Positions 10,425 through 20,584 of a stretch of DNA of 64,000 nt are shown here, one piece after another (the stretch's first letter is position 1; the number at the start of each line of letters is the position of its first letter). Both the position numbers and the translations under genes were made by a program. The stretch is from Thermodesulfobacteriota bacterium (GTDB lineage: Bacteria > Desulfobacterota_D > UBA1144 > Nemesobacterales > Nemesobacteraceae). The notes under the pieces were generated by a model. The model searched no databases, was not told where the DNA came from, and saw only the letters and a list, made by a program, of their open reading frames with translations. The DNA is taken from assembly GCA_965202785.1 (NCBI GenBank), contig OZ241855.1, positions 736,001 through 800,000 on the forward strand, in the 5' to 3' direction.

Positions 10425-12425
10425 ATGAGCCCCAAATCCGCAATAATGCTTCTGCTGCTTATAGCGGCCTTCGGTTTTTTCGCCTACAACATCCGTCTTC
10501 TCTTAAGGCTTGTCACTCTCGGCAAAAAAGAGGACAACAGATTTGACAATATTCCCCAGAGGATAAGGAAGGTCATAGTCTACGTCTTCGGCCAGAGAAG
10601 GCTTTTCAAGTACCGTTTCGCCGGCATAGAGCACGCCATGATCTTCTGGGGCTTCGTCATAATAACGGTGGGGACGGTAGAGATGCTGATAAGCGGCGTT
10701 GTTCCCGGATTTCATTTCTTCCCGGGGTCCTTGGGGAAGGTCTACGAGCTGGTTCTTGACGTAGTGCAGGCCCTGGTTCTTGTGGCCATAGCAATGGGCA
10801 TAATAAACAGGCTCACCATAGGGAGAAGAAGGGAGGTTAACGGGCCCGACGCGGTCGTGATACTGGGTCTTATATTCGGCCTCATGATCACCGCCTTTCT
10901 CACCACCGGGGCGAAGATAGCGCTTGCCGAGACGAGTCCCGCGATGCTGCCGGTGTCCGGGGCTTTTTCCGGGCTCTACGAAGGCATGAGCACCGGGAGC
11001 ACCTTTTTCTGGAAGGAGTTTTTCTGGTGGTTCCACATTCTCATAGTGCTTTCCTTTCTCAATTACCTTCCCTACTCTAAGCACAGCCATGTCCTGACGG
11101 CCGTTTTCAATGTTTTTTTCCAGAGCCTGAAGCCCCGCGGGCAGCTCTCGGCGCTCGATTTCGAGGACATCCCCGAAGACCTTGATCACTTCGGCTCCTC
11201 GAAGATAGCCGATTTCAGCTGGAAGGACATACTTGACGCCTATACCTGCACCGAGTGCGGAAGATGCACGGACAACTGCCCGGCGTGGAACACCGAGAAG
11301 GTGCTCTCTCCGAGGGACATCGTCGTTAAACTCCGCCACTACGTCTCGAGCGAAGGGAAGGACATACTCGCCGGAAAGCCCCAGGAAGAGCAGCCCGACC
11401 TTCCCGACACCGAGTGGGTGACGCCCGAGGAGCTTTGGGCCTGCACCACGTGCAACGCGTGCGTCGAGCAGTGCCCGCTTTTCATTGACCAGATGGGCAA
11501 GATAATGGACATGAGAAGATTCCTTACCCTTGAGGGCCGCATGAGCGGAACCGCCACGAGGACTCTTCAGAAGCTTCAGAACAACGGAAACCCCTGGGGA
11601 TTCCCGGAAGCCGACCGCGGCGTCTGGCTTTCCGAGATGGAGGTTCCCATTCTCGGGGTCTCGGCCGAGAACGCAAGCGAATTTGACGTGATTTACTGGA
11701 CTGGATGCTTTGGGGGCTACGACCCGAGGGGCCAGGAAGTTTCAAGGGCGATAGTGACCCTGCTTAAGATTGCGGGGGTTAATTTCGCTGTCATGGGTCC
11801 CGGGGAGACCTGCACGGGTGATCCTGCAAGAAGGCTCGGAGAGGAAGCCCTCTACCAGATGCTCGCCGTCCAGAACATCGAGACTCTGAATGAATTGAAG
11901 GTGAAAAAAATTCTCGCAAACTGCCCCCACTGCTTCAACACCATGAAGAACGAGTATCCGCAGTTCGGCGGGCACTACGAGGTTGTTCACCACACCGATT
12001 TTCTCCTGCAGCTCATCCAGGAGGGCAAACTTAACCCCGACGCTCCGATCGAGGAGAAGATAACATACCACGATTCCTGCTACATCGGCCGCTACAACAA
12101 CGTTTATGATTCTCCAAGGGAGATACTGAGAAGCATTCCGGGGATTGATCTGGTGGAGATGAAGAGGAACAGGACAAAGAGTTTCTGCTGCGGAGCCGGA
12201 GGCGGAAAGATATGGATGGAGGAAGAGGCCCCCAGGGTTAACTGGAACCGCTTCGACGAGGCCGCGGATATTAACCCCGACACCCTGGCGACGGCGTGCT
12301 ACTTCTGCAACACGATGTTTGACGACGCCGCGCGATTCAAGGGCAAGGAGGAGGACATCGGCGTCCAGGACATAGCCGAAATCCTTAACCGTTCGGTTAA
12401 AACTGATGCGCCTCCCCCGTCGTAA
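10425..12425 (+). CDS. Membrane-bound Fe-S oxidoreductase, FadF/GlpC/HdrD-like
   Basis: TM N-terminus, two CxxCxxCxxxCP motifs, CCG domains (YHDSCYIGR, SFCCGAGGG). Confidence 0.9.
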   Translation: MSPKSAIMLLLLIAAFGFFAYNIRLLLRLVTLGKKEDNRFDNIPQRIRKVIVYVFGQRRLFKYRFAGIEHAMIFWGFVIITVGTVEMLISGVVPGFHFFPGSLGKVYELVLDVVQALVLVAIAMGIINRLTIGRRREVNGPDAVVILGLIFGLMITAFLTTGAKIALAETSPAMLPVSGAFSGLYEGMSTGSTFFWKEFFWWFHILIVLSFLNYLPYSKHSHVLTAVFNVFFQSLKPRGQLSALDFEDIPEDLDHFGSSKIADFSWKDILDAYTCTECGRCTDNCPAWNTEKVLSPRDIVVKLRHYVSSEGKDILAGKPQEEQPDLPDTEWVTPEELWACTTCNACVEQCPLFIDQMGKIMDMRRFLTLEGRMSGTATRTLQKLQNNGNPWGFPEADRGVWLSEMEVPILGVSAENASEFDVIYWTGCFGGYDPRGQEVSRAIVTLLKIAGVNFAVMGPGETCTGDPARRLGEEALYQMLAVQNIETLNELKVKKILANCPHCFNTMKNEYPQFGGHYEVVHHTDFLLQLIQEGKLNPDAPIEEKITYHDSCYIGRYNNVYDSPREILRSIPGIDLVEMKRNRTKSFCCGAGGGKIWMEEEAPRVNWNRFDEAADINPDTLATACYFCNTMFDDAARFKGKEEDIGVQDIAEILNRSVKTDAPPPS

Positions 12426-12475
12426 GCGCGTTCCCAAGCGCTTGGCCGGGCTTTGAGTCTCGGGGGGAGGAGGCG

Positions 12476-13699
12476 ATGAAGCTTAATAGACCAAAATCCC
12501 TTTTGATAGACTCGGGTGCAGGATGGTTCGATTCGGGTTCTTCTGCCACAGCCGGGATTTTCGGCGATCCTGCTCTCACCCTCTGCTTCTCGAGCGATGG
12601 GACCAAAGTGTTTTCCGAATCCGGGGAGAGGACTTTTTCAGAAGACCCTCTCGATTTGGTCGAGAAACTGGCTGCCGAGGGATACACAGCTCTTGGCTAC
12701 ATAAGCTACGACTACCTGAGCTACACGACTCCCGGGGTTGCGACCTCGAACGCAAAGCAGGGAGAGAGGCTCCCTTTCCTTTTTTTCCATTTTTACGAAA
12801 AAGACGGTTTTTACACAGCCCCTTGGGAAGAAGTTCTCTCTGCCCTCTCGCAGGAAAGGACGGGTCACGGACCCCTTCCCCGCTCAAATATTGAGAGGGA
12901 AGAATACGCCAGGAAGATTTCGGCGATAAAGGAACATATAGCGGCGGGAGACGTTTACCAGGTGAACCTTTCGCGAAAGTTCCGCTTCGAGCCTCTGGGT
13001 GAGCCGATTTCGTGGTTTCTGGATTTTTACCGCGCCCAGCCGGTTCCCTTCGCCGCCTTTATCGGTTTTCCGGGTTTTGAACTTGTAAGCGGCTCTATGG
13101 AGCTTTTTCTTAAGAAAAGGGGCGACAGCATTACCACGAGACCAATAAAAGGGACCGTCCGCAGGGATCCCGATCCACGACGCGACAGGGAGCTTGCCGA
13201 GGCGCTCGGGAAAAAACCCAAGGAGCGGGCCGAGAACCTCATGATAGTCGATCTCATGAGAAACGATCTCGGGAGAATATGCGGGTATGGTTCCATAGGA
13301 GTAAGGGAACTTTTTGCCGTCAGGCGCTACAGTACGCTTTTCCAGATGGAGTCCGAAATCGAGGGGTGCCTTCGCCCGGGAGTCGGACTCTCTCAAATAA
13401 TTGCCAGCACCTTTCCCCCCGGATCCGTTACCGGGGCCCCGAAAAGGGAAGCTATTCGCATAATAGACAGCCTTGAGCCCCACGAGAGGGGTCCTTACTG
13501 CGGAGCGATCTGCCTGTTATCTCCGAGCGGGGACTTCACCATGAGCGTCGCGATCCGCACCGGGGTGAACAGTTCCGAGGGCGCGGATTTCTGGTTCGGA
13601 GGCGGAATTGTGTGGGATTCGGAAGCGGACGACGAATACGGGGAGACGGAGCTCAAGGCAAAGGCTCTCACATCGATTGCGTCCCGGCAGATGCTATAA
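12476..13699 (+). CDS. pabB: Aminodeoxychorismate synthase component I
   Basis: GDVYQVNLS, the PabB-type [31 protein letters not shown]. Confidence 0.9.
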   Translation: MKLNRPKSLLIDSGAGWFDSGSSATAGIFGDPALTLCFSSDGTKVFSESGERTFSEDPLDLVEKLAAEGYTALGYISYDYLSYTTPGVATSNAKQGERLPFLFFHFYEKDGFYTAPWEEVLSALSQERTGHGPLPRSNIEREEYARKISAIKEHIAAGDVYQVNLSRKFRFEPLGEPISWFLDFYRAQPVPFAAFIGFPGFELVSGSMELFLKKRGDSITTRPIKGTVRRDPDPRRDRELAEALGKKPKERAENLMIVDLMRNDLGRICGYGSIGVRELFAVRRYSTLFQMESEIEGCLRPGVGLSQIIASTFPPGSVTGAPKREAIRIIDSLEPHERGPYCGAICLLSPSGDFTMSVAIRTGVNSSEGADFWFGGGIVWDSEADDEYGETELKAKALTSIASRQML

Positions 13700-13702
13700 T
13701 CA

Positions 13703-14518
13703 TTGGATATGGAGGAACTTTTCTTTCTCGACGGGAAAAGGCTTGAGGATGTGCCCGCGCTTCGCTCTCTTTTTTACGGGGAAGGGGTTTTCGAGAGTTT
13801 CAGGTGGAAGGGGTCCCCGCCCGTTTTCCTCTCCATGCATCTTGAGAGAATGAGAAAGGGAGCCTGTTTTCTCGGCATTCCTTTCCCCCCGGAATCCCAG
13901 GTGAGACTCAGAATCGAGGATGCCGCGGGGGGGTTCCCCGGGGAGGACCTGCACGTAAAAGCTTGTCTTCTCGCCCAAGGAGACGCGGTTTATCACTCAC
14001 AGCCCCGGGCGGCCGCGCTTCTTGTGTCCGTAAGACCCCGCGCGCAGAGTCCGGATACCCTCTCTCTCTGGGTCTGCAGAGAGAGAAGACCCCCGCAGAA
14101 CAGCCTTTTTTCTCACAAGACGCTTAATTATCTGGGAAACATCGTGGCGAAGAGAGAGGCTGTCGGGAGGGGTTTTGACGAAGCCCTTTTTCTCGATACC
14201 GACGGCAGGGTGGCCGAGACTTCGTGCCACAATGTTTTCTGGGCGAAAGGGAAAAGGCTTTTCACTCCGTCTTCTGAATGCCCGGTTTTGCCTGGAGTGA
14301 CCAGGGAAATCGTTTTGCGTTCGGCCAGGCAGCTTGGTTACGAGCCCGTCTGTGGGGATTTTCCCCTTGAGGAGCTTTTATCAAGTGATTACGCTTTTCT
14401 TACCAACGCTGTTGCGGGTATTGTTTATGTAAGCGGGGTGGGCGGCGACGCGATGCCTTCTGTTCCTCAGAGTTACAAGGTTATGAGGGAATCGCTTCTT
14501 TCAGAGTTCGGGTGGTAG
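13703..14518 (+). CDS. pabC: Aminotransferase class IV, probable 4-amino-4-deoxychorismate lyase
   Basis: YGEGVFES, HKTLNY, FDEALF, LPGVTR; directly after pabB. Start is TTG 13703 or ATG 13709. Confidence 0.8.
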   Translation: MDMEELFFLDGKRLEDVPALRSLFYGEGVFESFRWKGSPPVFLSMHLERMRKGACFLGIPFPPESQVRLRIEDAAGGFPGEDLHVKACLLAQGDAVYHSQPRAAALLVSVRPRAQSPDTLSLWVCRERRPPQNSLFSHKTLNYLGNIVAKREAVGRGFDEALFLDTDGRVAETSCHNVFWAKGKRLFTPSSECPVLPGVTREIVLRSARQLGYEPVCGDFPLEELLSSDYAFLTNAVAGIVYVSGVGGDAMPSVPQSYKVMRESLLSEFGW

Positions 14519-14581
14519 AATTAAGGGGACGGAAAAAACTTTAGGGTTTGTTGTGGGCGCTAAGAAGCCGAGGGTGGTTTT

Positions 14582-14920
14582 ATGTCTGGCGAGATAACAG
14601 TCAGGGAGTATCAGCGGGAGGTTGACGAGTGGATAAGGGAAGTGGGAGTGCGGTACTTCTCCGAACTTACCAACCTTGCGCAGCTTGTCGAGGAGGTGGG
14701 GGAGGTAGCGAGGATCATGTCCAGGAAATACGGGGAGCAGAGCTTCAAAGGGGATGAAAATCGCCGGGAACTCGGGGACGAGCTTGCTGACGTCTTCTTC
14801 GTCTTGACATGTATAGCGAACCAGACGGGAGTTGATCTTACGGAGGTTTTGAGAAAGAATTTTGAGAAGAAAACACAGAGAGATGGAAAGCGACACGCGG
14901 ATAATCCCAAACTTCGCTGA
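14582..14920 (+). CDS. MazG-like (YpjD-type) nucleotide pyrophosphohydrolase
   Basis: LVEEVGEVAR..YGEQSFK..ELADVFFVLTCIANQTGVDL. Confidence 0.9.
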   Translation: MSGEITVREYQREVDEWIREVGVRYFSELTNLAQLVEEVGEVARIMSRKYGEQSFKGDENRRELGDELADVFFVLTCIANQTGVDLTEVLRKNFEKKTQRDGKRHADNPKLR

Positions 14921-15047
14921 AGACCCTGTTGCGGGCTCTGGTTGTTGCAAAGGGCTTTCATTGTGGTATTCTTCCCCGTCCTGAGAAGAATCCGCCTTTA
15001 ATCTGCGGCAGTTACTCTATCGAATAAAGAGGAAAAATGCTTTGAAA

Positions 15048-15878
15048 ATGAAACTTGAAGAAAAGCCTATTGAAGACATACAGGCGAGAAAGGACTACAG
15101 GAATATCTCCATAGACAGAGTCGGCGTCTGCGACCTCAAGATCCCGCTTAAGATAAAAGGGTGCGAGATCGATTCTGAGAAGGACCAGAGCATTCAGGCT
15201 TCCCTGAGCCTGAGCGTTAACCTCGGTCCCGACCAGAAGGGAATTCACATGAGCCGGCTGCTTGAGACTGCCCTTGATTTCAACGGATCCTTCTCCTTGG
15301 AAAATATGGCTTCTTTCCTGATCGCTCTCTGCGACAGGCAGGGCTCAAAAGATTCCGACGTCAAAATAGAGTTTGATTACTTTTTCAACCGTCACGCTCC
15401 GGTAAGTGGCAAGATATCCCCACAGCCTTACAAATGCACGTATCACGGCGAGATGCACCCGGAGGGCATACGCCTTACCCAGAGCGTAGTGGTTCCGGTC
15501 AAAACCCTTTGTCCCTGCAGCAAGGAGATAAGCGATTACGGGGCCCACAACCAGCGCTCCAAGGTTTTCATAACTATTACGCACGAGGGAAAGAAGGAAA
15601 ACGATCCGATAGACATATGTCTTGAGGAAATAATCGGGATTGCGGAAAGGGGGGCCTCCTCCCCGCTTTACCCGCTTTTAAAAAGGGAAGATGAGCGCCA
15701 CGTTACCATGAGCGCCTACAACAAGCCGTGCTTTGTCGAGGATGTAGTGAGAAATATAGCTTCTGAACTCCACGGTAACCTCAGTTTTGACTCTTACGAA
15801 CTCAGAGTTCTTAACTACGAAAGCATTCACAGTCATAATGCCTTTGCCAGCATCGGCAAAAGATTCTCGGGCAAGTAA
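15048..15878 (+). CDS. folE2: GTP cyclohydrolase IB
   Basis: KGIHMSR, TLCPCSKEISDYGAHNQRS, FVEDVVR, ESIHSHNA. Confidence 0.95.
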   Translation: MKLEEKPIEDIQARKDYRNISIDRVGVCDLKIPLKIKGCEIDSEKDQSIQASLSLSVNLGPDQKGIHMSRLLETALDFNGSFSLENMASFLIALCDRQGSKDSDVKIEFDYFFNRHAPVSGKISPQPYKCTYHGEMHPEGIRLTQSVVVPVKTLCPCSKEISDYGAHNQRSKVFITITHEGKKENDPIDICLEEIIGIAERGASSPLYPLLKREDERHVTMSAYNKPCFVEDVVRNIASELHGNLSFDSYELRVLNYESIHSHNAFASIGKRFSGK

Positions 15879-16029
15879 ACCGGCGTAAAACCCCGGATTG
15901 GTGCCTGTTTCCGGCTGTTTTTTGGGCACGGCCAGTTCGTACCCCCTAGCTAATAATGAATGCACGGGATTCTGCTCTTGGTGCCTTTCTGAGGATTGTA
16001 CCGTGCCTTGAACCTTGAAAGCCCTAGGA

Positions 16030-16138
16030 TTTCGTAATTGCTTGATATCAAACAATTTTTTCCTGTTGATAGATTGTGAAATATTCTGATCCAGCATGGT
16101 TCAAAAGATGTAATTACCTGAAATTGCTTGATAATTTT
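16030..16138 (+). repeat. Copy A of an AT-rich ~110-bp element with IHF-like and DnaA-box-like motifs
   Basis: Aligns to the reverse complement of 21290-21397 in two blocks separated by 30 nt in both copies. TAATTGCTTGATA matches the reverse IHF consensus YAANNNNTTGATW. Confidence 0.7.
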
Positions 16139-16333
16139 TTTCGGCCCCCAAAGGCCTCTTTTAACCCTGTGTGAAATTGTTACTAGACAGTACCAACTCT
16201 TTTCTTATCTGTCGTAATGTGTTCTTTTCCCTTGTTTTTCAAGCAATCAGGGAGGATTTCAGTTTGTTTTTAAAGCGTGGAAAACCTGTGTAATTTTATC
16301 TCCTGACTGTTATTTTCCGTATGCGGAGGAAAA

Positions 16334-17461
16334 GTGCATACACTTTTGGAAATCATAAAAGAGGAAATACGGGAATCCGGCCCGATTTCCTTCCGCAGAT
16401 TTGTTGAACTCTCCCTTTTTCACCTGGAGCACGGCTATTACTCATCGGGCAAGGCGAGGATCGGGAAAAAGGGTGATTTTTACACCGCTCCATCGGTTCA
16501 CCGCTCTTTCGGGGAGACTATCTCGCAGTTCCTTGCCGAGGCGTCGCTTCTGCTCGAAGGAGAGAGTTTCACCGTTGTGGAATTCGGGGCCTCCGGCGGT
16601 CAGCTTGCCTTTGATATACTTGAGGCTCTTAGCCGAAATCACCCCGAGCTTTACTCAAAGACCGACTACGTAATGAGTGAGACGAGCCCGGCGGCGGTCC
16701 TGGTGGCTAAGGAAAGGCTCAAGGGGCACCGCGGGAGGGTTCGGTGGATAGATAATCTGCGGGAAATCGAAAAAGGCGGTTTCCGTGGAGTGGTGATCGC
16801 CAACGAATTTCTCGATTCCCTGCCCTTTCACAGGCTTAGGTCGGACGGAGAGGAAATCCGGGAGATTTTTCTTTCCCTTCGTAACGGGGAAATCGAGGAA
16901 GTTCTGCGGGATCCTGAAGCGGAAGGGGTTTCTGGCTTTTCAAAACGATATCTGGAAGGATACGCTCAAGGCGAAGAGGCGGAAGCTTGTCTGCTGGCGG
17001 GGAAATGGCTTGCCGAGGTGGGAAAGGCGCTTCAAAAAGGGTTTGTTCTATGTATTGACTACGGATATCTCGCTTCCGAGCTTTACTCCCCCGGAAGACG
17101 AAAAGGTACTTTCAGGTGCTTTTATCACCATGAACTGAGTTCCGACCCCTACATGAGAGTTGGAGAGCAGGATATAACGGCTGACGTTAATTTTTCCGAA
17201 CTTATGAGGATCGGAGATACCTTGGGCCTTTCCACCGTCAAGTATACAACGCAGGGGCAGTTCCTTGTTGACTGGGGAATTCTCGAAATTTTCAAGACAT
17301 ACGACAAACCCCAGAACCAGGGAGACCGTCTTGCGGCCAAGACGCTTTTTATGCCTGAATTCATGGGGAGAAGATTCAAGGTTCTGCTCCAGTCGAAGGA
17401 TTTTTCGCCCGAAGAACTGGCTGGGTTCGACAAGGACCGACCGTTCCGTATCATGTTGTAA
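16334..17461 (+). CDS. SAM-dependent methyltransferase, MidA/NDUFAF7 (DUF185) family
   Basis: GYYSS..GDFYTAP, VEFGASGG, ANEFLDSLP, IDYG, GEQDITADVNF. GTG start after GGAGGA. Confidence 0.9.
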   Translation: MHTLLEIIKEEIRESGPISFRRFVELSLFHLEHGYYSSGKARIGKKGDFYTAPSVHRSFGETISQFLAEASLLLEGESFTVVEFGASGGQLAFDILEALSRNHPELYSKTDYVMSETSPAAVLVAKERLKGHRGRVRWIDNLREIEKGGFRGVVIANEFLDSLPFHRLRSDGEEIREIFLSLRNGEIEEVLRDPEAEGVSGFSKRYLEGYAQGEEAEACLLAGKWLAEVGKALQKGFVLCIDYGYLASELYSPGRRKGTFRCFYHHELSSDPYMRVGEQDITADVNFSELMRIGDTLGLSTVKYTTQGQFLVDWGILEIFKTYDKPQNQGDRLAAKTLFMPEFMGRRFKVLLQSKDFSPEELAGFDKDRPFRIML

Positions 17462-17513
17462 TCACTCCTAAATTTATCCAAAACAGGCTTGACAACGGAT
17501 TCTTTTAAAGGTT

Positions 17514-17530
17514 TAGTACCTTTAGTACTA
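17514..17530. promoter_or_regulatory. Putative TetR autoregulatory operator overlapping the promoter
   Basis: TAGTAC-N5-GTACTA just upstream of tetR; TTGACA at 17489-17494. Confidence 0.55.
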
Positions 17531-17546
17531 GGAGCGATTAACCGTT

Positions 17547-18182
17547 ATGAGCAATAAAGATAAAATTATGGATGCCGCCACCGAGCTTTTCCATCTCTAT
17601 GGGTATGACGGAACTTCTATAGATATGCTCATAAAGAAAGCCGGTGTTTCCAAGAGCAATTTCTACTACTACTTCGAAGGCAAAGAAGAGCTGGGATTGA
17701 GTGTTCTCACAAAACTTGCCGATGATCAGATCCGTGAGTTCTCGGAAATCATGCAGACTGATCGCAATCCTGTTGAACAGGTTCTGGAAGCATACAAAAT
17801 GCTGATTTTTTCTCACCAGAGTCTTCTCGATCAGCCCATATACCCAGGTTCTTTTTTCGGAAACATTACCTTGGAACAGAGTTCCATCAACGAGAAATTC
17901 CGTCTTGTTCTGGATAAGTATTTTCAGGAATGCGAAGCTCTGGTTGAGGAATGGTTAAAAAGAGGAGTCGAACAGGGGTTTTTTAAAGAGGATATTAATC
18001 CGAAAGAGTTGGCCAGATTCATGGTTTCTCAGTTTGAAGGATCCATACTTCTGGCTAAAGCCAAGAAATCTCTTTCTCCTCTAGAAGATATGGTATGGCA
18101 GGGAAAACACCTCCTTTTTAAAGACGAGTGGATGCACTTAACCGACGAGTGGATTCGCCTAACCAGTGAAACCGAAAGCTAA
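17547..18182 (+). CDS. TetR/AcrR-family transcriptional regulator
   Basis: N-terminal HTH GYDGTSIDMLIKKAGVSKSNFYYYFEGKEEL. Confidence 0.93.
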   Translation: MSNKDKIMDAATELFHLYGYDGTSIDMLIKKAGVSKSNFYYYFEGKEELGLSVLTKLADDQIREFSEIMQTDRNPVEQVLEAYKMLIFSHQSLLDQPIYPGSFFGNITLEQSSINEKFRLVLDKYFQECEALVEEWLKRGVEQGFFKEDINPKELARFMVSQFEGSILLAKAKKSLSPLEDMVWQGKHLLFKDEWMHLTDEWIRLTSETES

Positions 18183-18351
18183 CCCACATCCTTACCACCT
18201 AGGCAAAACCTATTTCCACTGGTACCCGACCTGTTGATTTTACGGCCTGAAGCAGTTACTCTACGCACGAGGATTTGGAGTTTCTGTGCTTTGGTCAAGC
18301 GCAGTTCTTTAAAAGACGGGGAAACAATAATCAAGGAGAGGTATAACCGGT

Positions 18352-19035
18352 ATGTCTGATACTATAATGAAGGCCCAGATCGGTGGGGATATAGCCCATC
18401 TCAGAAAACTGAACCCAGATCTTTACGACTCTTGGATGGCTTACCATGATTCGGTTTTTACCGACGGAGCTCTCACCGCAAAGGAAAAACAGCTCATCGC
18501 GGTAGCCGTAGCGCATATTACGGCTTGTCCCTACTGCATAAGGTCGAGGGTTAGAGCCAGCAAAAAAGAGGGAGCGACCGACCAGGAAATAGTCGAATCG
18601 ATATACGTGGGACTTAGGCTCAATATGGGGGGCCCTTTCGCGTTTTCGAGCCTGGCTTTTGAAGCCTGGGACACCCTCGAGAGCGGAATCCCGCTTACCG
18701 AGGGACATTTCTTCAAAAAGGACATAGCGAAGGAAATTGCCAGCTTCAGGGAATGCAGCGGTGATATTTCTCCCCACTTCATGGAGCTTCACAAGAAAAT
18801 CTTTGCCGACGGAGCCCTCAGCAAAAAAATGAAAAGAGGCATAATAGGTCTTGCCTGCGCCCACGCGACTAAATGCCCTTATTGCATAAGGGGAACAGTG
18901 AAGGACGCGCATACCGACGGAGTGACTGCGGAGCAGATGGCTGAGGCCATAAACGTTGCCATGGTCATGACTGCCGGTTCCTGTTACGCTCACACCAGCA
19001 TTGCCATGGATACGCTTAAGAGTCTCGAGAAGTAG
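18352..19035 (+). CDS. Two-domain carboxymuconolactone-decarboxylase/AhpD-like protein
   Basis: Two repeats of VF/IF-x-DGAL..K..I...AH...CPYCI. Confidence 0.88.
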   Translation: MSDTIMKAQIGGDIAHLRKLNPDLYDSWMAYHDSVFTDGALTAKEKQLIAVAVAHITACPYCIRSRVRASKKEGATDQEIVESIYVGLRLNMGGPFAFSSLAFEAWDTLESGIPLTEGHFFKKDIAKEIASFRECSGDISPHFMELHKKIFADGALSKKMKRGIIGLACAHATKCPYCIRGTVKDAHTDGVTAEQMAEAINVAMVMTAGSCYAHTSIAMDTLKSLEK

Positions 19036-19068
19036 TTTTAACGGTTTTTTTGAAAATCTTCCTTATGT

Positions 19069-19108
19069 GCCCTGAATGTTTCACGTGAAACATTCAGGGC
19101 TTTTTTTT
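19069..19108 (+). terminator. 32-bp perfect palindrome plus T8 (intrinsic terminator) with parS as its core
   Basis: GCCCTGAA-TGTTTCACGTGAAACA-TTCAGGGC followed by TTTTTTTT, downstream of the CMD gene. Confidence 0.75.
19077..19092. other. parS: parS centromere site 1
   Basis: Perfect match to TGTTTCACGTGAAACA. Confidence 0.93.
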
Positions 19109-19157
19109 AGCTTTTTTCCTCTGACCGAATACGGCTTTATATGGTAGATTCTCTTTC

Positions 19158-20552
19158 ATGTCGTCACTTGTGCCCGAGCGCGAAAGCACCATAGCAGCCA
19201 TTTCCACCCCGACTGGAGAGGGAGGAGTTGCCGTAATCCGCATAAGCGGCGGTGAATCTCACTCGATTGCGAGAAAGATCTTCGTTCCCGCAGGGAAATC
19301 GGGTTTTTCCGAGAGAAAACTCTGTTTCGGGAAGATAATCAACCCCGAAACAGGCGGGACGGTGGATGAAGTCCTGTGCGTTCTCATGAGTTCCCCCGAT
19401 ACCTATACGGGGGAGGACATAGCCGAGATACATTCTCACGGGGGACATATGGTTCCCCGGAAGATACTTGAAATTCTGATCGGCCTCGGGGCGACCCTCG
19501 CCGCCCCGGGCGAGTTTACCCAGAGGGCGTTTCTTAACGGAAAAATGGACTTGGCGCAGGCCGAAGCGGTTTCCGACATTATAAGCGCCCAGACCGAACA
19601 GAGCCTCCGGTACGCCGAGGCTCAGCTTGAAGGCACCCTTTCGGGCAAGGTTAACGAACTTAAGGATCAAATTCTTGACGTTCTGGCGGAAATAGAGGCG
19701 AATCTCGATTTTCCTGAGGAAGATATAGATCCCATTGCGAAAAACCGCCTGAAGGAAGCGTCCGGATCCGTGGAAAAAGAACTTTCGGCACTCATCGATA
19801 GCTACGACACGGGCAGAATGTTCAGGGACGGGGTGACGATGGTAATACTGGGTAAGCCTAATGTCGGGAAATCGAGCATACTTAACTGCCTGCTTGAGAC
19901 TCAGAGGGCTATAGTGAGCCCGATAGCCGGAACCACCAGGGATTTTATCGAAGAGAAAATAAATGTCGGGGGAATTCCCCTCGTTATAACGGATACGGCC
20001 GGCATAAGGGATACGGAGGACCGGATAGAAAAGCTAGGGGTGGAATTTTCCCTGAAAAAAGCCGAGGAATCCGAGTTCGTGCTCGTCGTTTTGGACCAGA
20101 GCACGGAACTTGATGCCCTGGACAGGAAAATCCTCAAAACCGCCGCCAAAAAGAAGCATCTTGTCGTAATCAACAAGATGGACCTTGAAGAAAAACTAGA
20201 AAGATCGAAACTGCGACGGATTCTTGGGCGAAAAAAGCCGGTTGAAACCTCGGCACTTGCGAAAGAGGGGATAGTGCGGCTCAGGCAGACCATGTTTGAG
20301 ACCCTTGTGGGCTCGCCTCGTGCCTCAGATGCCTCGGAACTGGTGCTTACAAATCTTCGCCACAAAAAATCCATGGAGAAAGCCCGCGACCAGCTGCACA
20401 TGTTCCTTGAGCTTCTTGAGCGGAACGAGTATCCAGAGATCCTCTCGATAGAGTTGCGAAACTCAATGAATTCGCTCGGCGAGATTACGGGAGAAGTGAC
20501 CACGGAAGATCTTCTGGGCAGAATTTTCTCCAGGTTCTGCATTGGGAAGTAG
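19158..20552 (+). CDS. mnmE: tRNA modification GTPase MnmE
   Basis: TIAAISTP, GEFTQRAFLNGKMDL, GKPNVGKSS, GTTRD, DTAGIR, terminal FCIGK. Confidence 0.97.
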   Translation: MSSLVPERESTIAAISTPTGEGGVAVIRISGGESHSIARKIFVPAGKSGFSERKLCFGKIINPETGGTVDEVLCVLMSSPDTYTGEDIAEIHSHGGHMVPRKILEILIGLGATLAAPGEFTQRAFLNGKMDLAQAEAVSDIISAQTEQSLRYAEAQLEGTLSGKVNELKDQILDVLAEIEANLDFPEEDIDPIAKNRLKEASGSVEKELSALIDSYDTGRMFRDGVTMVILGKPNVGKSSILNCLLETQRAIVSPIAGTTRDFIEEKINVGGIPLVITDTAGIRDTEDRIEKLGVEFSLKKAEESEFVLVVLDQSTELDALDRKILKTAAKKKHLVVINKMDLEEKLERSKLRRILGRKKPVETSALAKEGIVRLRQTMFETLVGSPRASDASELVLTNLRHKKSMEKARDQLHMFLELLERNEYPEILSIELRNSMNSLGEITGEVTTEDLLGRIFSRFCIGK

Positions 20553-20565
20553 AAGCGGGGCGGAA

Positions 20566-20581
20566 TGTTTCACGTGAAACA
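20566..20581. other. parS: parS centromere site 2
   Basis: Perfect match to TGTTTCACGTGAAACA, 13 bp after the mnmE stop. Confidence 0.93.
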
Positions 20582-20584
20582 TTG

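Noticed and set aside
15678-16097. 139-aa minus-strand ORF covering repeat copy A
   Set aside because: It overlaps folE2 antisense, has no motifs, and copy B does not show an equivalent frame.
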